The notes under the pieces are model-generated. The model worked only from the letters and a program-made list of their open reading frames with translations, was not told where the DNA came from and did no database searches. From a virus (Duplodnaviria > Heunggongvirae > Uroviricota > Caudoviricetes): a stretch of DNA of 31,308 bases. The stretch lies in the IMG/VR virus record IMGVR_UViG_2690316224_000023; one strand, written 5' to 3'. Of the stretch, positions 17,269 to 25,772 are shown in pieces. The translations under genes and the position numbers were made by a program. The first letter of the stretch is position 1. Every line of letters begins with the position of its first letter.

Positions 17269-17713
17269 GTTTAAGCGTTTTGAAGACCGGCTGACCGGAC
17301 TGATTGAGTCGCTGTCACCGTCAGGGCGTCGGCGACTGAGTGCCGAACTGGCGAAACGTCTGCGGCAGAGTCAGCAGCGTCGGGTGATGGCTCAGAAAGC
17401 CCCGGACGGCACACCCTACGCGCCACGCCAGCAGCAGAGCGCCAGAAAAAAGACTGGTCGTGTTAAGCGAAAAATGTTTGCGAAACTTATCACCAGTCGT
17501 TTTTTGCATATCCGCGCCAGCCCGGAACAGGCATCAATGGAGTTTTACGGCGGGAAGTCACCGAAAATCGCCAGCGTGCATCAGTTCGGTCTGTCGGAAG
17601 AAACCCGGAAAGACGGTAAGAAAATTGATTATCCGGCGCGTCCTCTGCTCGGCTTTACCGGTGAGGATGTGCAGATGATTGAAGAGATTATTCTGGCTCA
17701 CCTCGACCGTTAG
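17261..17713 (+). CDS. S: Tail completion protein, P2 gpS-like
   Basis: 150 aa as P2 gpS; start overlaps the R stop. Confidence 0.8.
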   Translation: MNEFKRFEDRLTGLIESLSPSGRRRLSAELAKRLRQSQQRRVMAQKAPDGTPYAPRQQQSARKKTGRVKRKMFAKLITSRFLHIRASPEQASMEFYGGKSPKIASVHQFGLSEETRKDGKKIDYPARPLLGFTGEDVQMIEEIILAHLDR

Positions 17714-17779
17714 TTGTGCCATTCCTGACACCTCATCGTCACATTGCCGCCGGTATGACCCGGCGGCATCCTTCCCGTT

Positions 17780-18415
17780 ATGAACACTCTCGCAAATATT
17801 CAGGAACTCGCGCGCGCACTGCGCAACATGATCCGCACCGGCATTATCGTCGAAACCGACCTTAACGCCGGTCGCTGCCGTGTGCAGACCGGCGGCATGT
17901 GCACCGACTGGCTTCAGTGGCTGACCCATCGCGCCGGGCGTTCGCGCACATGGTGGGCACCTTCCGTGGGGGAACAGGTGCTGATTCTGGCCGTGGGCGG
18001 TGAACTTGACACGGCGTTTGTTCTGCCGGGGATTTATTCCGGTGATAACCCCGCGCCGTCTGCGTCGGCGGATGCCCTGCATATCCGTTTCCCTGACGGG
18101 GCGGTGATTGAGTATGAACCCGAAACCAGTGCACTCACGGTAAGCGGAATTAAAACGGCCAGCGTGACGGCTTCTGATTCTGTTACCGCCACGGTGCCGG
18201 TGGTCATGGTGAAAGCATCAACCCGCGTCACCCTGGACACCCCGGAGGTGGTCTGCACCAACAGACTGATTACCGGCACGCTGGAAGTACAGAAGGGCGG
18301 GACGATGCGCGGCAACATTGAACACACCGGCGGTGAACTCTCATCAAACGGTAAGGTACTGCATACCCATAAACACCCCGGCGACAGCGGCGGCACAACC
18401 GGGGGACCTCTATGA
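17780..18415 (+). CDS. V: Baseplate spike/assembly protein, P2 gpV-like
   Basis: 211 aa as P2 gpV; first gene of the baseplate operon V-W-J-I-H. Confidence 0.85.
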   Translation: MNTLANIQELARALRNMIRTGIIVETDLNAGRCRVQTGGMCTDWLQWLTHRAGRSRTWWAPSVGEQVLILAVGGELDTAFVLPGIYSGDNPAPSASADALHIRFPDGAVIEYEPETSALTVSGIKTASVTASDSVTATVPVVMVKASTRVTLDTPEVVCTNRLITGTLEVQKGGTMRGNIEHTGGELSSNGKVLHTHKHPGDSGGTTGGPL

Positions 18416-18759
18416 CTGCGCGTTATCTCGGAATGAATCGCAGTGATGGCCTGACTGTCACTGACCTTGAGCATATCAGCCAGAGTATCGGCGATATCCT
18501 GCGCACGCCGGTCGGCTCACGGGTGATGCGTCGTGATTACGGTTCGTTGCTGGCGTCAATGATTGACCAGCCGCAGACCCCGGCGCTTGAGTTGCAGATT
18601 AAGGTCGCCTGTTACATGGCGGTACTGAAATGGGAACCCCGCGTCACCCTGTCATCCGTCACCACGGCGCGCAGTTTTGACGGGCGAATGACGGTCACGT
18701 TAACAGGTCAGCACAACGACACCGGCCAGCCACTTTCGTTAACCATCCCTGTGAGTTGA
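18412..18759 (+). CDS. W: Baseplate protein, P2 gpW-like
   Basis: 115 aa as P2 gpW; start overlaps the V stop. Confidence 0.85.
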   Translation: MTARYLGMNRSDGLTVTDLEHISQSIGDILRTPVGSRVMRRDYGSLLASMIDQPQTPALELQIKVACYMAVLKWEPRVTLSSVTTARSFDGRMTVTLTGQHNDTGQPLSLTIPVS

Positions 18760-18763
18760 AACC

Positions 18764-19672
18764 ATGCCGATTATCGACCTGAATCAGCTACCCGCACCGG
18801 ATGTGGTCGAGGAGCTGGACTTTGAAACCATTCTTGCCGAACGCAAGGCGACACTGATTTCCCTTTACCCGGAAGACCAGCAGGAGGCGGTCGCCCGTAC
18901 CCTGACGCTGGAATCCGAGCCTCTCGTCAAACTGCTGGAGGAAAATGCTTATCGCGAGCTTATCTGGCGTCAGCGTGTGAATGAGGCCGCACGGGCGGTG
19001 ATGCTGGCCTGCGCCGCCGGTAATGACCTTGATGTGATTGGTGCCAATTACAACACCACGCGCCTGATTATCACCCCGGCAGATGATTCGACCCTCCCGC
19101 CGACACCGGCAGTGATGGAGTCTGACACCGATTATCGTCTGCGTATTCAGCAGGCGTTTGAGGGCTTAAGCGTCGCCGGGTCGGTGGGAGCCTATCAGTA
19201 TCATGGTCGCAGTGCCGACGGGCGTGTCGCGGATATCTCTGTCACCAGTCCGTCTCCGGCCTGCGTCACCATCTCCGTGCTGTCACGTGAAAATAACGGT
19301 GTCGCATCCGAAGACCTGCTGGCCGTGGTGCGTAACGCCCTGAATGGCGAGGACGTCAGGCCGGTGGCCGACCGCGTGACCGTGCAGTCTGCCGCCATTG
19401 TTGAATACCAGATAAACGCCACGCTTTACCTTTACCCTGGTCCCGAAAGCGAACCCATTCGCGCTGCCGCCGTGAAAAAACTGGAAACGTATATCACGGC
19501 ACAGCACCGGCTGGGGCGCGACATCCGTCTGTCTGCCATTTATGCCGCTTTGCATGTGGAAGGTGTGCAGCGTGTCGAACTGGCTGCACCACTGGCCGAC
19601 ATCGTGCTTAACAGCACGCAGGCGTCTTTCTGTACCGAATACCGCGTCGTGACCGGAGGCTCGGATGAGTGA
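18764..19672 (+). CDS. J: Baseplate protein, P2 gpJ-like
   Basis: 302 aa as P2 gpJ; position. Confidence 0.85.
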   Translation: MPIIDLNQLPAPDVVEELDFETILAERKATLISLYPEDQQEAVARTLTLESEPLVKLLEENAYRELIWRQRVNEAARAVMLACAAGNDLDVIGANYNTTRLIITPADDSTLPPTPAVMESDTDYRLRIQQAFEGLSVAGSVGAYQYHGRSADGRVADISVTSPSPACVTISVLSRENNGVASEDLLAVVRNALNGEDVRPVADRVTVQSAAIVEYQINATLYLYPGPESEPIRAAAVKKLETYITAQHRLGRDIRLSAIYAALHVEGVQRVELAAPLADIVLNSTQASFCTEYRVVTGGSDE

Positions 19673-20276
19673 TTCGCGCCTGCTGCCGACCGGCTCATCA
19701 CCACTTGAAGTCGCCGCCGCAAAAGCCTGTGCGGAAATTGAAAAAACGCCGGTCAGTATTCGTGAGCTGTGGAACCCGGATACCTGTCCGGCAAATCTGC
19801 TGCCGTGGCTGGCGTGGTCATTTTCTGTTGACCGCTGGGATGATAAGTGGCCGGAAGCGACAAAACGCGCTGTTATCCGCGATGCGTATTTCATTCACTG
19901 CCATAAGGGCACTATAGGCGCAATCCGGCGTGTGGTGGAGCCGCTCGGCTATCTGATTGAGGTGAGGGAGTGGTGGCAACTCAACGAGGAGCCGGGGACG
20001 TTCCGTATCGTTGTTGGTGTGCTTGAGCAGGGTATTACCGAGGAAATGTATCAGGAGCTGGAGCGCCTCGTTGCTGATGCAAAACCGGCAAGCCGCCATC
20101 TGACGGGACTGGCTATCAGTTTAAGTACAACCGGCAACATTTTTGCCGGTGCGGGATGCTATCACGGTGACGCCCTGACGGTTTATCCCTACACCCCGGA
20201 GGCCATTATTGTCGGAGGGGATTATTTCCCGGCCTCGGCCATTCATTTAATTGATAACCTGAGAGTAAACGCATGA
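19665..20276 (+). CDS. I: Baseplate protein, P2 gpI-like
   Basis: 203-aa ORF; start overlaps the J stop and stop overlaps the H start (ATGA); position. Confidence 0.8.
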   Translation: MSDSRLLPTGSSPLEVAAAKACAEIEKTPVSIRELWNPDTCPANLLPWLAWSFSVDRWDDKWPEATKRAVIRDAYFIHCHKGTIGAIRRVVEPLGYLIEVREWWQLNEEPGTFRIVVGVLEQGITEEMYQELERLVADAKPASRHLTGLAISLSTTGNIFAGAGCYHGDALTVYPYTPEAIIVGGDYFPASAIHLIDNLRVNA

Positions 20277-21394
20277 CAGTGAAATACTACGCCATTCTGA
20301 CTAATCAGGGCGCAGCACGGCTGGCTAACGCGACGATGCTCGGCAGTAAGCTGAATCTGACGCAAATGGCCGTTGGTGATGCGAATGGTGTCTTGCCGAC
20401 ACCAGACCCGGCACAGACAAAACTGATTAACCAGAAACGCATTGCACCGCTGAATCTTCTGAGTGTTGACCCGAACAACCAGAGCCAGATTATTGCGGAG
20501 CAAATCATCCCTGAGAACGAGGGCGGATTCTGGATCCGTGAGATTGGGCTTTATGATGATGAAGGCGTACTCATTGCGGTGGCGAACTGCCCGGAAACGT
20601 ACAAACCGCAGTTGCAGGAAGGCAGTGGTCGTACCCAGACTATCCGCATGATTCTGGTTGTCACGAATACCGAAGCTATCACGCTGAAAATCGACCCGTC
20701 GGTGGTACTGGCGACCCGTAAATACGTGGATGATGAAGTCCTGGAATTAAGGCTGTATGTGGATGACCAGATGAGAAACCACATTGCCGCACAGGATCCT
20801 CATACCCAGTATGCGCAGAAACATAATCCGACATTTACCGGAGAACCAAAAGCGCCGACGCCTGCCGCAGGAAATAACACCACGCGGATTGCGACCACTG
20901 AGTTTGTTCAGGCCGCTATTACCGCTCTGATTAACGGTGCGCCTGACACGCTGGACACACTGAAAGAAATTGCCGCAGCCATTAACAATGACCCGAAATT
21001 CAGCACCACCATTAACAATGCGCTGTCAGGTAAGCAGCCACTGGATGAGACGCTGACTCATTTGAGTGGAAAGGATGTTGCCGGTCTTCTCGCATACCTT
21101 GGTTTTGGAGAAGGTGCTAACTGGGTTATGTTACCTGGAGGAATGATAATTCAGCGTGTTTATCTTGGATTTCCTGTTGGCACCAATGTAAGACACATAA
21201 CTTTCCCCCGGTCGTTTACAACAACGAACTATTCCATCTCAATTAACTGGAATGATATCGGTACTGTAACAACTGAAACACAATCACCAGCAAATGTGGC
21301 GGTTGTTCATCAAACAAAATCATTAACAGGGGCCAGCATCTGGCAGGCAGGTCCCGGGGGATTTAATGTGGACATTATAGCGGTGGGGTATTGA
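20273..21394 (+). CDS. H: Tail fibre protein H in its current orientation (373 aa): constant N-terminal part plus a switchable C-terminal part beginning inside the invertible segment
   Basis: N-terminal phage tail-fibre domain; the left recombination site falls at codons about 276-282 (GFGEG); the 3' part shares that junction motif with the inverted cassette. Confidence 0.85.
   Translation: MTVKYYAILTNQGAARLANATMLGSKLNLTQMAVGDANGVLPTPDPAQTKLINQKRIAPLNLLSVDPNNQSQIIAEQIIPENEGGFWIREIGLYDDEGVLIAVANCPETYKPQLQEGSGRTQTIRMILVVTNTEAITLKIDPSVVLATRKYVDDEVLELRLYVDDQMRNHIAAQDPHTQYAQKHNPTFTGEPKAPTPAAGNNTTRIATTEFVQAAITALINGAPDTLDTLKEIAAAINNDPKFSTTINNALSGKQPLDETLTHLSGKDVAGLLAYLGFGEGANWVMLPGGMIIQRVYLGFPVGTNVRHITFPRSFTTTNYSISINWNDIGTVTTETQSPANVAVVHQTKSLTGASIWQAGPGGFNVDIIAVGY
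21099..21117. repeat. Left inverted repeat / recombination site of the invertible tail-fibre segment (gix/hix-like)
   Basis: TTGGTTTTGGAGAAGGTGC matches the reverse complement of 22828-22846 at 18 of 19 positions; resembles the right half of the Gin/Hin site consensus (CCGAGGTTTTGGATAA). Confidence 0.6.
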
Positions 21395-21395
21395 T

Positions 21396-21824
21396 ATGTA
21401 CGTATGGAGCGCTAAAGCAAATGGCTTTTTCCCCATATCGGAGAAAGAAAAATTTGAGGCATCAGGCCTGTGGCCTGATGATGGTGTAATAGTCAGTGAG
21501 GAAGAACATAAAAAGTTATTTATGGATATTCCACCAGGAAAACAGATTGGAACACTGAATGGAAAACCAGCACTGATAGATATTCCTCAGCCGACCAAAA
21601 AGGAATTAATAGCTATTGCTGAAGTTAAAAAATCCCAATTACGGGAAAAAGCTGACAGTGAAATATCCTGGCGTCAGGATGCTGTTGATGCTGATATCGC
21701 AACTGATGAAGAAGCTACAACTCTCACCCAATGGAAGAAATACCGTGTGCTGCTGATGCGTGTTGATACGTCAACAGCACCCGATATTGAATGGCCTACG
21801 CCTCCGGCAGTTCAGGCCAGATGA
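21396..21824 (+). CDS. G: Tail fibre assembly protein (P2 gpG / Mu U-like), active orientation
   Basis: 142 aa; conserved Tfa C-terminal motif (TAPDIEWPTPP); convergent with and overlapping the alternative tfa'. Confidence 0.8.
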   Translation: MYVWSAKANGFFPISEKEKFEASGLWPDDGVIVSEEEHKKLFMDIPPGKQIGTLNGKPALIDIPQPTKKELIAIAEVKKSQLREKADSEISWRQDAVDADIATDEEATTLTQWKKYRVLLMRVDTSTAPDIEWPTPPAVQAR

Positions 21825-22389
21825 CATCCGGCGCGGTGCTGGTATCTGTTGCCGTCACCGCGTCAATGTAATCCAGCACGGCGTTAAGTCGGGTTGTTTC
21901 TGCCTGAGTCAGTTTCCGTCCGGCCTGTAATTTCAGCTGAATCAGACTGATGGAAGCCATTGCAGCATCAATCAGTGACTGGCGCTGTGCTTCTGCCGCT
22001 TCTACTGCGGCACCGTGTTGTGCCTCAGTATCTGTCACCCATTTCTCACCATCCCATTTATCATATGGCGTTAACGGTGAAAGCGTGACATAACCGTTTT
22101 TGATGGCACCGATATAATCCACTGTAACAGCAGCACCATTTTCGATTGAGTAAACAGTCTCATTGCGATGATCTTCTTCATGGCTCCATCCCTTACCTGT
22201 AAATACTGCCACTCTTCCCAGAATGTTTTCGCCAGGGTCAATTCCAGTGGAACAGGCGGGCATACTTACGCCAGTATTAATATATTCATCAGACCAGCCC
22301 GTATACTCAGATGTTTCAGCATCATAATAAAAACAACGCATATCGCCCGGCACTGTAGCCAGCCCATTTTTATCAAAAACAGGTTTCAT
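21796..22389 (-). CDS. Alternative tail fibre assembly protein (tfa', Mu U'-like), currently in the inverted orientation
   Basis: 197 aa; same C-terminal Tfa motif (TAPDVIWPELPEA); 3' end overlaps the 3' end of G. Confidence 0.75.
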   Translation of the reverse strand: MKPVFDKNGLATVPGDMRCFYYDAETSEYTGWSDEYINTGVSMPACSTGIDPGENILGRVAVFTGKGWSHEEDHRNETVYSIENGAAVTVDYIGAIKNGYVTLSPLTPYDKWDGEKWVTDTEAQHGAAVEAAEAQRQSLIDAAMASISLIQLKLQAGRKLTQAETTRLNAVLDYIDAVTATDTSTAPDVIWPELPEA

Positions 22390-22846
22390 TATTTAGCCCT
22401 CACCAGAAAGTTAAATGCAATATTTCGCGGTCTGACAGCAACAAAATTCACACCATCACCCGCAGAGTTACTGGTGAAATTAAATCGTGAAAATCCTGGC
22501 TGATTTCCGGTGATGCCATCATGAAAGTTAATTGCGTGTCCCGCACCTCCGCCTATATTCCCGGCAAACTGAGAAAAGTTTGTAGCTTCCTGCCAGCTTA
22601 ATAATTCGCGACCACCATCTGCACCTCGCCCGTCATCCCAGATACGAATGAAATCACCGCGGGCTTCAGGTAATACCAGCGAAGGAAACACTTTCGCCAG
22701 CACAGGGTAATCAGAGGCAGAAAATTTCGCCCCGTTGAACTTCAAAAACACCATACCGGACCAGCTGTCGATTACAGTATTTGGCATTGCCGCGGAGGGC
22801 CAGAAGAACGGAACGCCAATAGCTGGGGCACCTTCTCCCAAACCAA
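22389..22846 (-). CDS. Alternative tail-fibre C-terminal cassette (H-variable'), promoterless; would fuse to H codons 1 to about 281 after inversion
   Basis: Minus-strand ORF 22389..22886; the GLGEGAP junction at codons 15-21 is encoded by the right inverted repeat; Gly-rich fibre-tip-like sequence. Confidence 0.65.
22828..22846. repeat. Right inverted repeat / recombination site of the invertible segment
   Basis: GCACCTTCTCCCAAACCAA is the reverse complement of 21099-21117 with one mismatch. Confidence 0.6.
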
Positions 22847-22913
22847 CGTTTAAGAAAATGCAGAGATAGCGGCTAACTGGCATCATCTCCGGTTTTTATT
22901 CAGGGGATCCGTC

Positions 22914-23507
22914 ATGCTTATTGGCTATGTCCGCGTATCAACAAATGACCAGAACACGGAATTGCAGCGTAACGCACTGGAGTGTGCAGGATGTGAGCTG
23001 ATTTTTGAGGACAAAATCAGCGGCACGAAGTCCGACAGACCGGGGCTGAAAAAACTGCTCAGAACATTATCGGAAGGTGACACTCTGGTTGTCTGGAAGC
23101 TGGACAGGCTGGGGCGTAGTATGCGGCATCTGGTCATTCTGGTTGAGGAACTGCGCGAACGCGGCGTTAATTTTCGCAGCCTGACGGATGCTATTGATAC
23201 CAGCACGCCGATGGGGCGTTTTTTCTTTCATGTGATGGGTGCTCTGGCTGAAATGGAGCGAGAACTCATTGTCGAGCGGACACGCGCCGGACTGGAAGCG
23301 GCCAGAGCCAAAGGTCGTATTGGTGGCAGACGACCGAAACTCACCACGAGTGAGTGGGAGCAGGCCGGACGGTTGCTGGCTGCAGGGGAGTCACGTCAAC
23401 GCGTGGCACTGATTTTTGATATTGGTCTGTCCACGCTCTATAAAAAATTTCCCTCATCAGCGACAAAGAATAAATTGTGTCATCCCTTAGCCAACCGGGA
23501 CAAATAG
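22914..23507 (+). CDS. Serine site-specific DNA invertase (Hin/Gin/Pin/Cin family)
   Basis: 197 aa; N-terminal resolvase catalytic domain with the active-site serine (MLIGYVRVSTNDQN), conserved DRLGRS region, C-terminal HTH; lies directly next to the invertible segment. Confidence 0.9.
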   Translation: MLIGYVRVSTNDQNTELQRNALECAGCELIFEDKISGTKSDRPGLKKLLRTLSEGDTLVVWKLDRLGRSMRHLVILVEELRERGVNFRSLTDAIDTSTPMGRFFFHVMGALAEMERELIVERTRAGLEAARAKGRIGGRRPKLTTSEWEQAGRLLAAGESRQRVALIFDIGLSTLYKKFPSSATKNKLCHPLANRDK

Positions 23508-23566
23508 CCTGACATCTCCGGCACAACTGAAAATATCACTCACCCATTAACCACGGAGTTAAACGG

Positions 23567-24757
23567 ATGAGTGACTATCATCACGGCGTGCAGGTGCTGG
23601 AGATTAACGACGGCACCCGCGTCATTTCCACCGTATCCACTGCCATTGTCGGCATGGTCTGCACGGCCAGCGATGCGGATGCGGAAACCTTCCCCCTCAA
23701 TAAACCTGTGCTGATTACCAATGTGCAGAGCGCAATTGCAAAGGCCGGTAAAAAAGGCACGCTGGCGGCATCGTTGCAGGCCATCGCTGACCAGTCAAAA
23801 CCGGTCACCGTTGTCGTGCGTGTGGAAGACGGCACCGGCGACGACGAAGAAACGAAACTCGCGCAGACTGTTTCCAATATCATCGGCACCACCGACGAAA
23901 ACGGTCAGTACACCGGACTGAAAGCCCTGCTGGCGGCGGAGTCGGTTACCGGTGTTAAACCGCGTATTCTCGGTGTGCCGGGACTGGACACCAAAGAGGT
24001 GGCGGTTGCACTGGCATCAGTCTGTCAGAAGCTGCGCGCTTTCGGGTATATCAGCGCATGGGGCTGTAAAACCATTTCCGAGGTGAAAGCCTACCGCCAG
24101 AATTTCAGCCAGCGTGAGCTGATGGTCATCTGGCCGGATTTCCTCGCATGGGATACGGTCGCCAGTACCACCGCCACCGCGTATGCCACCGCCCGTGCGC
24201 TGGGCCTGCGCGCTAAAATCGACCAGGAGCAGGGCTGGCATAAAACGCTGTCCAACGTCGGGGTAAACGGTGTTACCGGCATCAGTGCCTCTGTATTCTG
24301 GGATTTGCAGGAGTCTGGCACCGATGCTGACCTGTTGAACGAGTCAGGTGTCACAACGCTGATTCGCCGTGACGGTTTCCGCTTCTGGGGTAACCGTACC
24401 TGCTCTGATGACCCGCTGTTCCTCTTTGAAAACTACACCCGCACCGCGCAGGTGCTGGCCGACACGATGGCTGAGGCGCACATGTGGGCGGTGGACAAGC
24501 CCATCACTGCAACGCTGATTCGCGACATCGTTGACGGCATCAATGCCAAATTCCGTGAGCTGAAAACAAACGGCTATATCGTGGATGCGACCTGCTGGTT
24601 CAGCGAAGAATCCAACGATGCGGAAACCCTCAAGGCCGGAAAACTGTATATCGACTACGACTATACACCGGTGCCTCCTCTTGAAAACCTGACCCTGCGC
24701 CAGCGTATTACCGATAAATACCTGGCAAATCTGGTCACCTCGGTTAACAGCAATTAA
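23567..24757 (+). CDS. FI: Contractile tail sheath protein, P2 gpFI-like
   Basis: 396 aa as P2 FI; followed by the tube gene. Confidence 0.9.
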   Translation: MSDYHHGVQVLEINDGTRVISTVSTAIVGMVCTASDADAETFPLNKPVLITNVQSAIAKAGKKGTLAASLQAIADQSKPVTVVVRVEDGTGDDEETKLAQTVSNIIGTTDENGQYTGLKALLAAESVTGVKPRILGVPGLDTKEVAVALASVCQKLRAFGYISAWGCKTISEVKAYRQNFSQRELMVIWPDFLAWDTVASTTATAYATARALGLRAKIDQEQGWHKTLSNVGVNGVTGISASVFWDLQESGTDADLLNESGVTTLIRRDGFRFWGNRTCSDDPLFLFENYTRTAQVLADTMAEAHMWAVDKPITATLIRDIVDGINAKFRELKTNGYIVDATCWFSEESNDAETLKAGKLYIDYDYTPVPPLENLTLRQRITDKYLANLVTSVNSN

Positions 24758-24769
24758 GGAGCCTGACCG

Positions 24770-25288
24770 ATGGCAATGCCGCGCAAACTCAAGTTAATGA
24801 ACGTCTTTCTGAACGGCTACAGCTATCAGGGCGTCGCGAAGTCCGTCACGCTGCCAAAACTGACCCGTAAGCTCGAAAACTATCGCGGTGCGGGGATGAA
24901 CGGCAGCGCACCGGTAGACCTCGGCCTTGATGACGATGCGCTGTCAATGGAGTGGTCGCTCGGTGGCTTCCCGGATTCGGTTATCTGGGAGCTTTACGCC
25001 GCAACCGGTGTGGATGCCGTACCGATTCGTTTTGCCGGCTCTTACCAGCGCGACGATACCGGCGAAACGGTGGCCGTCGAGGTGGTCATGCGTGGACGTC
25101 AGAAAGAAATCGACACCGGCGAGGGCAAACAGGGAGAAGACACCGAGTCGAAAATCTCCGTGGCCTGCACCTATTTCCGGCTGACGATGGACGGTAAGGA
25201 GCTGGTCGAAATCGACACCATCAACATGATTGAGAAGGTGAACGGCGTCGACCGGCTGGAGCAACACCGCCGCAATATCGGCCTGTGA
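24770..25288 (+). CDS. FII: Tail tube protein, P2 gpFII-like
   Basis: 172 aa as P2 FII; position between sheath and E/E'. Confidence 0.9.
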   Translation: MAMPRKLKLMNVFLNGYSYQGVAKSVTLPKLTRKLENYRGAGMNGSAPVDLGLDDDALSMEWSLGGFPDSVIWELYAATGVDAVPIRFAGSYQRDDTGETVAVEVVMRGRQKEIDTGEGKQGEDTESKISVACTYFRLTMDGKELVEIDTINMIEKVNGVDRLEQHRRNIGL

Positions 25289-25344
25289 TTTTCATCCGGT
25301 CAGCCTGGCTGACCGGTTAACCCCGATTCAGAAGTGAGAAAACC

Positions 25345-25620
25345 ATGAACAAAGAAAACGTCATTACCCTGGACAATCCGGTCAAACGTGGTGAGCAGGT
25401 TATCGAACAGGTCACGCTGATGAAACCCAATGCCGGGACGCTGCGCGGTGTCAGTCTGGCTGCAGTCGCGAACTCCGAAGTCGATGCACTGATTAAAGTG
25501 CTGCCGCGCATGACGGCACCGATGCTGACCGAGCAGGAAGTCGCCGCGCTGGAACTGCCTGACCTTGTGGCGCTGGCCGGTAAGGTGGTCGGTTTTTTGT
25601 CGCCGAACTCGGTGCAGTGA
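25345..25620 (+). CDS. E: Tail assembly chaperone, P2 gpE-like (zero-frame product)
   Basis: 91 aa as P2 gpE; contains the slippery heptamer T-TTT-TTG at 25593-25599 near its 3' end. Confidence 0.85.
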   Translation: MNKENVITLDNPVKRGEQVIEQVTLMKPNAGTLRGVSLAAVANSEVDALIKVLPRMTAPMLTEQEVAALELPDLVALAGKVVGFLSPNSVQ

Positions 25621-25772
25621 CGTTTCCGAAAAATCTCTCGGTCGATGACCTGATGGCGGATGTGGCAGTGATATTTCACTGGCCGCCATCAGAACTGTAT
25701 CCCATGAGCCTGACCGAACTCATCACATGGCGCGAAAAGGCGCTCCGGCGAAGCGGAAACACGAATGAGTAA
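25345..25772 (+). CDS. Tail assembly chaperone E+E' fusion made by programmed -1 ribosomal frameshift at 25593-25599 (predicted 142 aa)
   Basis: After a -1 slip at GGT-TTT-TTG the frame stays open to TAA 25770-25772, adding 57 aa; the total of 142 aa equals P2 E+E' as I recall it; lies just upstream of the tape-measure gene as in other long-tailed phages. Confidence 0.7.

Larger units (their letters stand above)
21099..22846. other. Invertible DNA segment (about 1.75 kb) carrying alternative tail-fibre C-termini and their assembly chaperones (Mu G-segment-like host-range switch)
   Basis: Bounded by the inverted repeats; contains H-variable plus tfa on the plus strand and a promoterless H-variable' plus tfa' convergent on the minus strand; serine invertase gene immediately adjacent. 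Confidence 0.65.
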
